Shown: piece by piece, positions 55,157-64,000 of the stretch
Layout of the letters: each line of letters starts with the position of its first letter
Position numbering within the stretch: the stretch's first letter is position 1
Source of the DNA: a phage
Reading direction: 5' to 3' (one strand)
Sequence record: OZ335963.1
DNA length: 64,000 bases
Program-made: the position numbers and the translations under genes
The notes under the pieces: model-generated
The model's database searches: none
What the model was told of the DNA's origin: nothing
The model's input: the letters and a program-made list of their open reading frames with translations, nothing else

Positions 55157-56870
55157 TAACCTTAATTGGTTTGTTGGTGTTGTTGAAGATAGAATGGACC
55201 CATTAAAATTAGGTCGTGTTCGTGTTCGTGTAGTTGGTCTGCATCCACCTCAAAGAGCGCAAGGCGACGTAATGGGTATTCCAACTGATAAATTACCATG
55301 GATGTCAGTTATTCAACCTATAACTTCTGCAGCAATGTCTGGAATTGGAGGCTCCGTTACTGGTCCAGTAGAAGGAACTAGAGTTTATGGTCATTTTTTA
55401 GACAAATGGAAAACTAACGGAATTGTTCTTGGCACATATGGCGGAATAGTTCGCGAAAAACCTAATAGACTTGAAGGATTTTCTGACCCAACTGGACAGT
55501 ATCCTAGACGTCTAGGAAATGATACTAACGTATTAAACCAAGGAGGAGAAGTAGGATATGATTCGTCTTCTAATATTATCCAAGATAGCAATCTAGACAC
55601 TGCGATAAATCCTGATGATAGACCATTATCAGAAATTCCAACTGATGATAATCCAAATATGTCAATGGCTGAAATGCTTCGCCGTGATGAAGGATTAAGA
55701 CTAAAAGTTTATTGGGATACAGAAGGATATCCGACAATTGGTATTGGTCATCTTATCATGAAGCAGCCAGTTCGTGATATGACCCAAATTAATAAAGTTT
55801 TATCAAAACAAGTTGGTCGCGAAATTACTGGAAATCCAGGTTCTATTACAATGGAAGAAGCGGTAACTTTATTTGAGCGTGATTTGGCTGATATGCAACG
55901 TGACATTAAATCACATTCTAAAGTTGGCCCAGTTTGGCAAGCAGTTAATCGTTCTCGTCAAATGGCATTAGAAAATATGGCATTTCAGATGGGCGTTGGT
56001 GGTGTAGCTAAATTTAACACAATGTTAACTGCTATGTTAGCCGGAGATTGGGAAAAAGCATATAAAGCTGGTCGTGATTCATTGTGGTATCAACAAACAA
56101 AAGGCCGTGCATCTCGTGTTACCATGATTATTCTTACAGGGAATTTGGAATCATACGGTATTGAAGTGAAAACACCGGCTAGGTCTTTGTCTGCAATGGC
56201 TGCTGCTGCTGTAGCAAAGTCTTCTGATCCAGCTGACCCTCCTATTCCGAATGATTCGAGAATTTTATTTAAAGAACCTGTTTCTTCATATAAAGGTGAA
56301 TATCCGTATGTTCATACAATGGAAACTGAAAGCGGTCATATTCAGGAATTTGATGATACCCCCGGGCAAGAACGATACAGATTAGTTCATCCGACTGGAA
56401 CATATGAGGAAGTATCACCTTCAGGAAGAAGAACAAGAAAAACTGTTGATAATTTGTATGATATAACAAATGCTGATGGTAATTTTTTGGTAGCTGGCGA
56501 TAAAAAGACTAACGTCGGTGGGTCAGAAATTTATTACAACATGGATAATCGTCTCCACCAAATAGATGGAAGCAATACAATATTTGTGCGTGGAGATGAA
56601 ACTAAGACAGTTGAAGGTAATGGAACTATCCTAGTAAAAGGCAATGTTACTATTGTAGTTGAAGGTAATGCTGACATTACAGTTAAAGGAGATGCTACCA
56701 CTTTAGTTGAAGGAAATCAGACTAATACAGTAAATGGAAATCTTTCTTGGAAAGTTGCTGGGACAGTTGATTGGGACGTTGGTGGTGATTGGACAGAAAA
56801 AATGGCATCTATGAGTTCTATTTCATCTGGTCAATACACAATTGATGGATCGAGGATTGACATTGGCTAA
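55140..56870 (+). CDS. 5: baseplate hub/cell-puncturing protein gp5 with lysozyme domain
   Basis: 576 aa; internal lysozyme domain (MAEMLRRDEGLRLKVYWDTEGYPTIGIGH) paralogous to gene e; C-terminal beta-helix repeats (VEGN...). Confidence 0.95.
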   Translation: MEMISNNLNWFVGVVEDRMDPLKLGRVRVRVVGLHPPQRAQGDVMGIPTDKLPWMSVIQPITSAAMSGIGGSVTGPVEGTRVYGHFLDKWKTNGIVLGTYGGIVREKPNRLEGFSDPTGQYPRRLGNDTNVLNQGGEVGYDSSSNIIQDSNLDTAINPDDRPLSEIPTDDNPNMSMAEMLRRDEGLRLKVYWDTEGYPTIGIGHLIMKQPVRDMTQINKVLSKQVGREITGNPGSITMEEAVTLFERDLADMQRDIKSHSKVGPVWQAVNRSRQMALENMAFQMGVGGVAKFNTMLTAMLAGDWEKAYKAGRDSLWYQQTKGRASRVTMIILTGNLESYGIEVKTPARSLSAMAAAAVAKSSDPADPPIPNDSRILFKEPVSSYKGEYPYVHTMETESGHIQEFDDTPGQERYRLVHPTGTYEEVSPSGRRTRKTVDNLYDITNADGNFLVAGDKKTNVGGSEIYYNMDNRLHQIDGSNTIFVRGDETKTVEGNGTILVKGNVTIVVEGNADITVKGDATTLVEGNQTNTVNGNLSWKVAGTVDWDVGGDWTEKMASMSSISSGQYTIDGSRIDIG

Positions 56871-56904
56871 TATACTTCCAATGAGCGCTGATTTAGGAGA
56901 ATCC

Positions 56905-57399
56905 ATGGAAGGTTCTTCTATCGACGTCACCTTTACCGCTCAATTAGAAACAGGTGAAACGTTAGTATCTATAAATATAACTAGTTACGAAGAAACTCCT
57001 GGGGTTTTAGTAGAAGAAAATCGTTTATATGGAACGTATGAATCTGTATTTGGATTTGGAAATGACGCATTGAAATATCGTTTAGATGATGAATTTAAAA
57101 CTGCTGCTTCATGGGAAGACCTTCCAACTGATTCTAATACTCAGTTATATCTATGGAAAGCTCCTCAAAACCTCCAGAAGATATTCACTTATGAAGTAAC
57201 ATTAATATATGACTACCAAGAACAAAGTGAATCTGGAGGTTCTGGCAGTAATTCTAGGTCATCTTCTGATACTACTGAACCAACCGATCCTCCAACTCCA
57301 ATAAGAAAAACTCTTGTTAAAAATTACACAAAAACTATAGTTGGAAATTGGAGTCGTTGGGCTGATAAATTAAGAAGCTACGTATATGAGAGGCAATAA
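56905..57399 (+). CDS. 5.1: gp5.1-like protein
   Basis: Start at MEGSSIDV with AGGAG Shine-Dalgarno; alternative starts at 56881 or 56842. Confidence 0.6.
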   Translation: MEGSSIDVTFTAQLETGETLVSINITSYEETPGVLVEENRLYGTYESVFGFGNDALKYRLDDEFKTAASWEDLPTDSNTQLYLWKAPQNLQKIFTYEVTLIYDYQEQSESGGSGSNSRSSSDTTEPTDPPTPIRKTLVKNYTKTIVGNWSRWADKLRSYVYERQ

Positions 57400-57692
57400 T
57401 GTCAGGATTAAGTTATGATAAGTGTGTTACTGCTGGCCATGCTTCATGGCCTCCAACGGTTGTGAATGCTACACAAAGTAAAGTATTCACTGGAGGAATT
57501 GCTGTTCTCGTAGCAGGTGATCCAATTACAGAACATACAGAAATTAAAAAGCCATATGAAACACATGGCGGAGTGACACAACCTAGAACTTCTAAGGTAT
57601 ATGTCACTGGAAAGAAAGCTGTTCAAATGGCTGATCCAATATCATGCGGTGATACTGTGGCTCAGGCATCATCTAAAGTATTCATTAAATAG
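57399..57692 (+). CDS. 5.4: gp5.4 PAAR-repeat spike tip protein
   Basis: 97 aa, T4 size and position between 5.1 and 6. Confidence 0.85.
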   Translation: MSGLSYDKCVTAGHASWPPTVVNATQSKVFTGGIAVLVAGDPITEHTEIKKPYETHGGVTQPRTSKVYVTGKKAVQMADPISCGDTVAQASSKVFIK

Positions 57693-57700
57693 GATTTAAA

Positions 57701-59683
57701 ATGGCAAATACCCCTGTAAATTATCAATTAACACGAACAGCAAATGCTATTCCCGAGATATTCGTCGGGGGTACATTTGCTGAAATAAAACAAAACCTCA
57801 TTGAATGGCTTAATGGCCAAAATGAATTTTTGGATTATGATTTTGAAGGTTCAAGATTAAACGTTCTGTGTGACCTTTTAGCTTATAATACGTTGTACAT
57901 TCAGCAGTTTGGTAATGCTGCCTTGTATGAAAGCTTTATGCGTACTGCTAATTTGCGTAGTTCAGTAGTTCAAGCTGCACAAGATAATGGATATTTACCT
58001 ACTTCAAAATCAGCTGCTCAAACTGAAATTATGTTAACTTGCACAGACGCATTGAATAGAAATTACATTACTATTCCTCGCGGTACTCGTTTTTTAGCAT
58101 ATGCAAAAGATACTTCTGTTAATCCTTATAACTTTGTCTCTACCGAAGATGTTATTGCTATTCGTGATAAAAATAACCAATATTTTCCACGATTAAAATT
58201 GGCTCAGGGACGTATAGTAAGAACTGAAATCATTTATGATAAATTAACACCGATTATCATTTATGACAAAAATATAGATAGAAACCAAGTTAAACTATAC
58301 GTTGATGGAGCAGAATGGATTAACTGGACAAGAAAGTCAATGGTTCATGCTGGTTCTACATCAACAATTTACTACATGCGTGAAACTATTGATGGAAATA
58401 CTGAATTTTATTTTGGTGAAGGTGAGATTTCCGTTAATGCGGCAGAAGGAGCATTGACCGCTAATTATATTGGAGGTCTTAAACCTACCCAGAACTCTAC
58501 GATTGTTATTGAGTACATCAGTACTAACGGTGCAGATGCGAATGGCGCAGTCGGATTTTCATATGCAGATACATTAACAAATATAACTGTCATCAATATT
58601 AATGAAAATCCAAACGACGACCCAGATTTCGTTGGAGCAGACGGCGGTGGTGACCCAGAAGATATTGAGCGTATTCGCGAATTGGGTACTATTAAACGCG
58701 AAACCCAACAACGCTGCGTAACTGCGACTGATTATGATACATTCGTTTCAGAGAGATTTGGTTCTATTATTCAAGCAGTTCAAACTTTCACTGATTCTAC
58801 AAAACCCGGTTATGCATTTATTGCTGCTAAACCTAAATCAGGTCTGTATTTAACTACTGTACAGCGTGAAGATATTAAAAATTATCTCAAAGACTATAAT
58901 TTAGCTCCTATTACACCATCAATTATTTCTCCTAATTACCTTTTTATTAAGACTAATTTAAAAGTCACATATGCTTTAAATAAGCTGCAAGAATCCGAAC
59001 AGTGGCTCGAAGGTCAAATAATTGATAAAATTGATCGTTATTATACCGAAGATGTAGAAATTTTTAACTCATCTTTCGCTAAATCTAAGATGTTGACATA
59101 TGTAGATGATGCAGATCATTCTATCATTGGCTCATCAGCGACAATTCAAATTGTTCGTGAAGTACAAAACTTCTATAAAACGCCTGAAGCAGGTATTAAA
59201 TACAATAATCAAATAAAAGACCGTTCTATGGAATCTAATACGTTTTCATTTAATTCTGGACGAAAGGTTGTAAATCCTGATACTGGTTTAGAAGAAGATG
59301 TATTATATGATGTTCGCATAGTATCAACAGACCGAAATTCTAAAGGAATTGGTAAAGTTATTATTGGTCCATTTGCTTCTGGCGATGTTACAGAAAATAA
59401 AAACATTCGTCCATATACAGGCAACGATTTTAATAAATTAGCAAATTCTAGTGGACGCGACAAATACTATGTTATCGGTGAAATAAATTATCCAGCTGAT
59501 ATGATTTATTGGAATATCGCTAAAATTAATTTAACATCCGATAAATTTGAGGTTCAGACTATTGAACTATATTCTGACCCAATAGACGATGTTATTTTCA
59601 CACGTGATGGTTCACTGATTGTATTTGAAAATGATTTACGCCCGCAATACTTAACTATCGATTTGGAGCCTATATCACAATGA
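57701..59683 (+). CDS. 6: baseplate wedge protein gp6
   Basis: 660 aa, T4 length and order. Confidence 0.93.
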   Translation: MANTPVNYQLTRTANAIPEIFVGGTFAEIKQNLIEWLNGQNEFLDYDFEGSRLNVLCDLLAYNTLYIQQFGNAALYESFMRTANLRSSVVQAAQDNGYLPTSKSAAQTEIMLTCTDALNRNYITIPRGTRFLAYAKDTSVNPYNFVSTEDVIAIRDKNNQYFPRLKLAQGRIVRTEIIYDKLTPIIIYDKNIDRNQVKLYVDGAEWINWTRKSMVHAGSTSTIYYMRETIDGNTEFYFGEGEISVNAAEGALTANYIGGLKPTQNSTIVIEYISTNGADANGAVGFSYADTLTNITVININENPNDDPDFVGADGGGDPEDIERIRELGTIKRETQQRCVTATDYDTFVSERFGSIIQAVQTFTDSTKPGYAFIAAKPKSGLYLTTVQREDIKNYLKDYNLAPITPSIISPNYLFIKTNLKVTYALNKLQESEQWLEGQIIDKIDRYYTEDVEIFNSSFAKSKMLTYVDDADHSIIGSSATIQIVREVQNFYKTPEAGIKYNNQIKDRSMESNTFSFNSGRKVVNPDTGLEEDVLYDVRIVSTDRNSKGIGKVIIGPFASGDVTENKNIRPYTGNDFNKLANSSGRDKYYVIGEINYPADMIYWNIAKINLTSDKFEVQTIELYSDPIDDVIFTRDGSLIVFENDLRPQYLTIDLEPISQ

Positions 59684-62600
59684 CAGTAAAAGCACCTTCA
59701 GTCACTAGTCTCAGAATTTCCAAGTTATCCGCAAATCAGGTGCAAGTACGCTGGGATGACGTTGGTGCTAATTTCTACTATTTTGTAGAAATCGCTGAGA
59801 CAAAAACAAACTCGGGGGAAAATCTCCCGAGCAATCAATACCGATGGATTAACTTAGGATATACTGCAAATAACAGCTTCTTTTTTGATAATGCTAATCC
59901 ATTGACATCGTACATTATTAGAGTAGCTACAGCTGCACAGGATTTTGAGCAGTCTGATTGGATTTATACCGAAGAGTTTGAAACTTTTGCTACAAACGCT
60001 TATACATTTCAAAACATGATTGAAATGCAATTAGCTAATAAATTCATTCAGGAAAAATTTACTCTTAATAATTCTGACTATGTTAATTTTAATAATGATA
60101 CTATAATGGCTGCATTGATGAATGAATCATTCCAATTCAGCCCATCATATGCTGATGTTTCATCAATAAGTAATTTTATTATTGGTGAAAATGAGTATCA
60201 TGAAATACAAGGTTCTATTCAGCAAGTATGTAAGGATATTAATCGAGTTTATTTGATGGAATCAGAAGGGATTCTATATCTTTTTGAGCGTTATCAACCT
60301 GTAGTTAAAGTATCCAATGATAAAGGTCAAACCTGGAAAGCTGTAAAGCTCTTCAATGACCGTGTAGGATATCCTTTATCTAAGACTGTATATTACCAAT
60401 CTGCGAGCACAACATACGTTCTAGGATACGACAAGATTTTCTATGGCCGCAAATCTACTGATGTTAGATGGTCAGCTGATGATGTTAGATTTAGTTCACA
60501 GGATATAACATTTGCTAAACTTGGTGATCAACTTCATTTGGGATTTGATGTTGAAATCTTTGGTACTTATGCTACATTACCTGCAAACGTGTATCGTATA
60601 GCTGAAGCTATTACTTGCACCGATGATTACATTTACGTTGTCGCCAGAGACAAAGTTAGATACATAAAAACAAGCAATGCACCTATAGATTCTGACCCAT
60701 TATCTCCAACATATTCGGAAAGGCTTTTTGAACCTGATACAATGACTATAACTGGAAATCCTAAAGCAGTATGCTATAAAATGGATTCTATCGGTGATAA
60801 AGTTTTTGCTCTTATTATTGGTGAAGTTGAAACATTAAATGCTAATCCTAGAACATCAAAAATAATTGATTCTGCTGATAAAGGAATATATGTTTTAAAT
60901 CATGGCACAAAAACGTGGAAAAGAGTTTTTGGCAATACTGAAGAAGAAAGAAGACGTATTCAACCCGGGTATGCGAATATGTCAACTGATGGTAAATTAG
61001 TTTCGCTATCTTCAAGTAATTTTAAATTTTTAAGTGATAATATTGTTAATGACCCTGAAACTGCAGCAAAATATCAGTTAATTGGTGCCGTTAAATATGA
61101 ATTTCCTCGTGAATGGTTAGCTGATAAGCATTATCATATGATGGCATTTATAGCAGATGAAAAATCTGATTGGGAAACTTTTACTCCTCAGCCAATGAAA
61201 TATTATGCAGAACCATTCTTTAACTGGTCTAAAAAATCTAACACACGGTGTTGGATAAACAACTCTGATAGAGCTGTAGTAGTTTATGCTGATTTAAAAT
61301 ACACTAAAGTTATTGAAAATTTTCCAGAAACATCTCCAGACAGATTAGTTCATGAATACTGGGATGACGGCGATTGCACTATAGTAATGCCAAACGTTAA
61401 ATTCACTGGATTTAAAAAATATGCGTCTGGGATGCTTTTTTATAAATCCTCCGGTGAAATAATTTCTTATTATGATTTTAACTATCGAGTGAGAGACACG
61501 GTTGAAATAATTTGGAAGCCAACTGGAATATTTTTAAAAGCATTTTTACAAAACCAAGAGCGTGAAACTCCTTGGTCACCAGAAGAAGAGCATGGATTAG
61601 CTGACCCTGATTTAAGACCATTAATTGGCACAATGATGCCTGATTCTTATTTACTACAAGATTCGAATTTTGAGGCATTTTGCGAAGCATATATTCAGTA
61701 TCTTTCTGATGGATATGGAACTCAGTATAACAATTTACGAAATTTAATTCGTAACAAATATCCACGAGAAGAGCATGCATGGGAATATTTGTGGTCAGAG
61801 ATATATAAAAGAAACATTTATTTAAATGCTGACAAACGTGATGCTGTTACAAGATTTTTCGAATCACGTAGCTATGATTTTTATTCTACTAAAGGAATTG
61901 AAGCATCATACAAATTTCTTTTTAAAGTTCTTTATAATGAAGAAGTTGAAATTGAAATTGAATCTGGGGCTGGTACTGAATATGATATAATCGTTCAATC
62001 TGATTCTTTGACCGAAGACTTAGTAGGACAAACGATTTATACAGCTACAGGAAGATGTAATGTTACTTATATAGAAAGAAGCTATTCTAATGGTAAATTG
62101 CAATGGACCGTAACTATTCATAATCTTTTGGGAAGATTAATTGCCGGTCAAGAAGTTAAAGCAGAAAGACTCCCTAGTTTCGAAGGCGAAATTATTCGCG
62201 GGGTTAAAGGAAAGGATTTGCTTCAAAATAATATAGACTATATTAATAGAAGTAGATCATATTATGTAATGAAAATTAAATCCAATTTACCTTCTTCCCG
62301 CTGGAAATCTGACGTTATTCGTTTTGTTCATCCAGTAGGATTTGGATTTATAGCAATTACTCTTTTAACAATGTTTATTAATGTTGGTTTAACTCTTAAA
62401 CATACAGAGACTATAATTAATAAATACAAAAACTACAAATGGGATTCTGGATTGCCTACTGAATATGCTGATAGAGTAGCTAAATTAACTCCAACTGGTG
62501 AAATTGAACATGATTCAGTAACAGGAGAAGCAATTTATGAACCTGGCCCAATGGCTGGTGTAGAATATCCTCTTCCTGATGACTATAATGCTGAAAATAA

Positions 62601-62778
62601 CAATTCAATATTTCAAGGTCAATTGCCGTCTGAACGACGCAAATTAATGAGTCCTTTATTTGATGCATCTGGAACAACATTTGCACAATTTAGAGATTTA
62701 GTTAATAAACGTCTAAAAGATAATATAGGAAATCCAAGAGACCCTGAAAATCCAACACAGGTTAAAATAGATGAATGA
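59680..62778 (+). CDS. 7: baseplate wedge protein gp7
   Basis: 1032 aa, T4 length; start overlaps gp6 stop (ATGA). Confidence 0.93.
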   Translation: MTVKAPSVTSLRISKLSANQVQVRWDDVGANFYYFVEIAETKTNSGENLPSNQYRWINLGYTANNSFFFDNANPLTSYIIRVATAAQDFEQSDWIYTEEFETFATNAYTFQNMIEMQLANKFIQEKFTLNNSDYVNFNNDTIMAALMNESFQFSPSYADVSSISNFIIGENEYHEIQGSIQQVCKDINRVYLMESEGILYLFERYQPVVKVSNDKGQTWKAVKLFNDRVGYPLSKTVYYQSASTTYVLGYDKIFYGRKSTDVRWSADDVRFSSQDITFAKLGDQLHLGFDVEIFGTYATLPANVYRIAEAITCTDDYIYVVARDKVRYIKTSNAPIDSDPLSPTYSERLFEPDTMTITGNPKAVCYKMDSIGDKVFALIIGEVETLNANPRTSKIIDSADKGIYVLNHGTKTWKRVFGNTEEERRRIQPGYANMSTDGKLVSLSSSNFKFLSDNIVNDPETAAKYQLIGAVKYEFPREWLADKHYHMMAFIADEKSDWETFTPQPMKYYAEPFFNWSKKSNTRCWINNSDRAVVVYADLKYTKVIENFPETSPDRLVHEYWDDGDCTIVMPNVKFTGFKKYASGMLFYKSSGEIISYYDFNYRVRDTVEIIWKPTGIFLKAFLQNQERETPWSPEEEHGLADPDLRPLIGTMMPDSYLLQDSNFEAFCEAYIQYLSDGYGTQYNNLRNLIRNKYPREEHAWEYLWSEIYKRNIYLNADKRDAVTRFFESRSYDFYSTKGIEASYKFLFKVLYNEEVEIEIESGAGTEYDIIVQSDSLTEDLVGQTIYTATGRCNVTYIERSYSNGKLQWTVTIHNLLGRLIAGQEVKAERLPSFEGEIIRGVKGKDLLQNNIDYINRSRSYYVMKIKSNLPSSRWKSDVIRFVHPVGFGFIAITLLTMFINVGLTLKHTETIINKYKNYKWDSGLPTEYADRVAKLTPTGEIEHDSVTGEAIYEPGPMAGVEYPLPDDYNAENNNSIFQGQLPSERRKLMSPLFDASGTTFAQFRDLVNKRLKDNIGNPRDPENPTQVKIDE

Positions 62779-63775
62779 TTCAAGTGTTATCTATCGTGCG
62801 ATAGTTACTTCAAAATTTAGAACAGAAAAAATGTTGAATTTTTATAATTCAATTGGAAGTGGTCCAGATAAAAACACTATCTTTATCACATTTGGAAGAT
62901 CAGAACCGTGGTCATCAAATGAAAATGAGGTGGGCTTTGCTCCACCTTATCCAACTGATTCTGTATTGGGTGTAACTGACATGTGGACTCATATGATGGG
63001 AACTGTAAAGGTTCTTCCATCTATGCTTGATGCAGTTATTCCTCGTAGAGATTGGGGAGATACTAGATATCCGGATCCATACACATTTAGAATTAACGAT
63101 ATTGTAGTGTGTAACTCAGCTCCTTACAATGCTACCGAATCAGGCGCAGGCTGGTTAGTATATCGTTGTTTAGATGTTCCTGATACAGGAATGTGCTCAA
63201 TTGAGTCTTTAACTAATAAGGATGAATGCCTTAAGTTAGGTGGAAAATGGACTCCTTCTGTTAGGTCAATGACTCCTCCTGAAGGTCGAGGAGACGCGGA
63301 AGGAACAATCGAACCCGGAGACGGATATGTTTGGGAATATCTTTTTGAGATTCCGCCTGATGTATCTATAAATAGATGCACGAATGAGTATATCGTGGTT
63401 CCTTGGCCTGAGGAATTAAAAGAAGACCCGGCTAGATGGGGTTATGAAGATAATCTCACTTGGCAACAAGATGATTTCGGATTAATTTATCGCGTTAAGG
63501 CAAACACTATACGTTTTAAAGCATATTTAGATTCAGTTTATTTTCCGGAAGCTGCATTGCCTGGAAATAAAGGATTTAGACAAATATCAATAATCACGAA
63601 TCCTCTTGAAGCTAAAGCTAATCCAAATGACCCAAACGTTAAAGCTGAAAAGGATTATTATGATCCGGAAGATTTAATGAGGCATTCGGGCGAAATGATT
63701 TATATGGAAAATAGGCCACCTATTATCATGGCAATGGATCAAACAGAAGAAATCAATATTCTGTTTACATTTTAA
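62771..63775 (+). CDS. 8: baseplate wedge protein gp8
   Basis: 334 aa, T4 length and order. Confidence 0.93.
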   Translation: MNDSSVIYRAIVTSKFRTEKMLNFYNSIGSGPDKNTIFITFGRSEPWSSNENEVGFAPPYPTDSVLGVTDMWTHMMGTVKVLPSMLDAVIPRRDWGDTRYPDPYTFRINDIVVCNSAPYNATESGAGWLVYRCLDVPDTGMCSIESLTNKDECLKLGGKWTPSVRSMTPPEGRGDAEGTIEPGDGYVWEYLFEIPPDVSINRCTNEYIVVPWPEELKEDPARWGYEDNLTWQQDDFGLIYRVKANTIRFKAYLDSVYFPEAALPGNKGFRQISIITNPLEAKANPNDPNVKAEKDYYDPEDLMRHSGEMIYMENRPPIIMAMDQTEEINILFTF

Positions 63776-63780
63776 CTTAA

Positions 63781-63804
63781 GGGAGCCCATGGGCTCCCTT
63801 TTTC
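63781..63804 (+). terminator. rho-independent terminator after gene 8
   Basis: GGGAGCCC-AUG-GGCUCCC stem followed by U-run. Confidence 0.7.
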
Positions 63805-63806
63805 TT

Positions 63807-63814
63807 TATAAATA
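63807..63814 (+). promoter_or_regulatory. late promoter TATAAATA for gene 9
   Basis: Exact TATAAATA 25 nt upstream of the gene 9 ATG. Confidence 0.6.
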
Positions 63815-63838
63815 CTATAAACTCATAAGGAAACCGCT

Positions 63839-64000
63839 ATGTTCATTCAAGAACCAAAGAAATTGATTGATACCGGCGAAATTGGTAACGCTTCTACTGG
63901 TGATATCTTATTCGACGGTGGTAATAAAATTAATAGTGATTTTAACGCAATTTATAATGCGTTTGGCGATCAGCGCAAAATGGCAGTAGCAAATGGCACT
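63839..64000 (+). CDS. 9: baseplate wedge/tail fibre socket gp9 (N-terminal 54 codons, truncated by window end)
   Basis: MFIQEPKKLIDTGEIGNASTGDILFDGGNKINSDFNAIYNAF matches remembered T4 gp9 N-terminus. Confidence 0.85.
   Translation, partial: MFIQEPKKLIDTGEIGNASTGDILFDGGNKINSDFNAIYNAFGDQRKMAVANGT

Overview
This window reads as a contiguous segment of a T4-like (T-even, Tequatrovirus-type) coliphage genome, colinear with T4 from the start of helicase gene 41 to the start of baseplate gene 9. All calls are by eye from the ORF track and from remembered T4 protein sequences; no database search was run. Positions 1-54518 are almost entirely minus-strand early/middle genes: the replication-recombination core (41, 40, uvsX, 42, imm, 43, regA, 62, 44, 45, rpbA, 46, 47), alpha-gt, late sigma factor 55, anaerobic RNR (nrdH-like, nrdG, nrdD), endonuclease VII, nrdC, a long accessory region (24.0-35.0 kb), rI, tk, regB, the vs-region ORFs, internal proteins II and III, lysozyme e, nudE, a 10-tRNA cluster, IPI, 57B/57A, and genes 1, 3, 2, 4. 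From 54566 the plus strand carries late baseplate genes 53, 5, 5.1, 5.4, 6, 7, 8 and the start of 9. The genome is not T4 itself: the beta-gt slot holds a different putative glycosyltransferase, nrdD has no intron, no denV or homing-endonuclease ORFs were recognised, and the tRNA cluster has two tRNAs (Tyr, Asn) beyond the T4 set. That pattern resembles T2/T6-type relatives, but I cannot name the phage. The most interesting material is accessory: four extra capsid-targeted internal-protein-like genes, a tandem family of four coiled-coil paralogues, a Pol-beta-type nucleotidyltransferase, a macro-domain protein, and the known anti-CBASS gene 57B (Acb1). No single new multi-gene system could be established from sequence alone. 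Regulatory features are dense: near-identical early promoters, C(UUCG)G hairpins, the gene 43 translational operator, and late TATAAATA promoters. Sub-60-aa genes and many promoters are certainly under-called.
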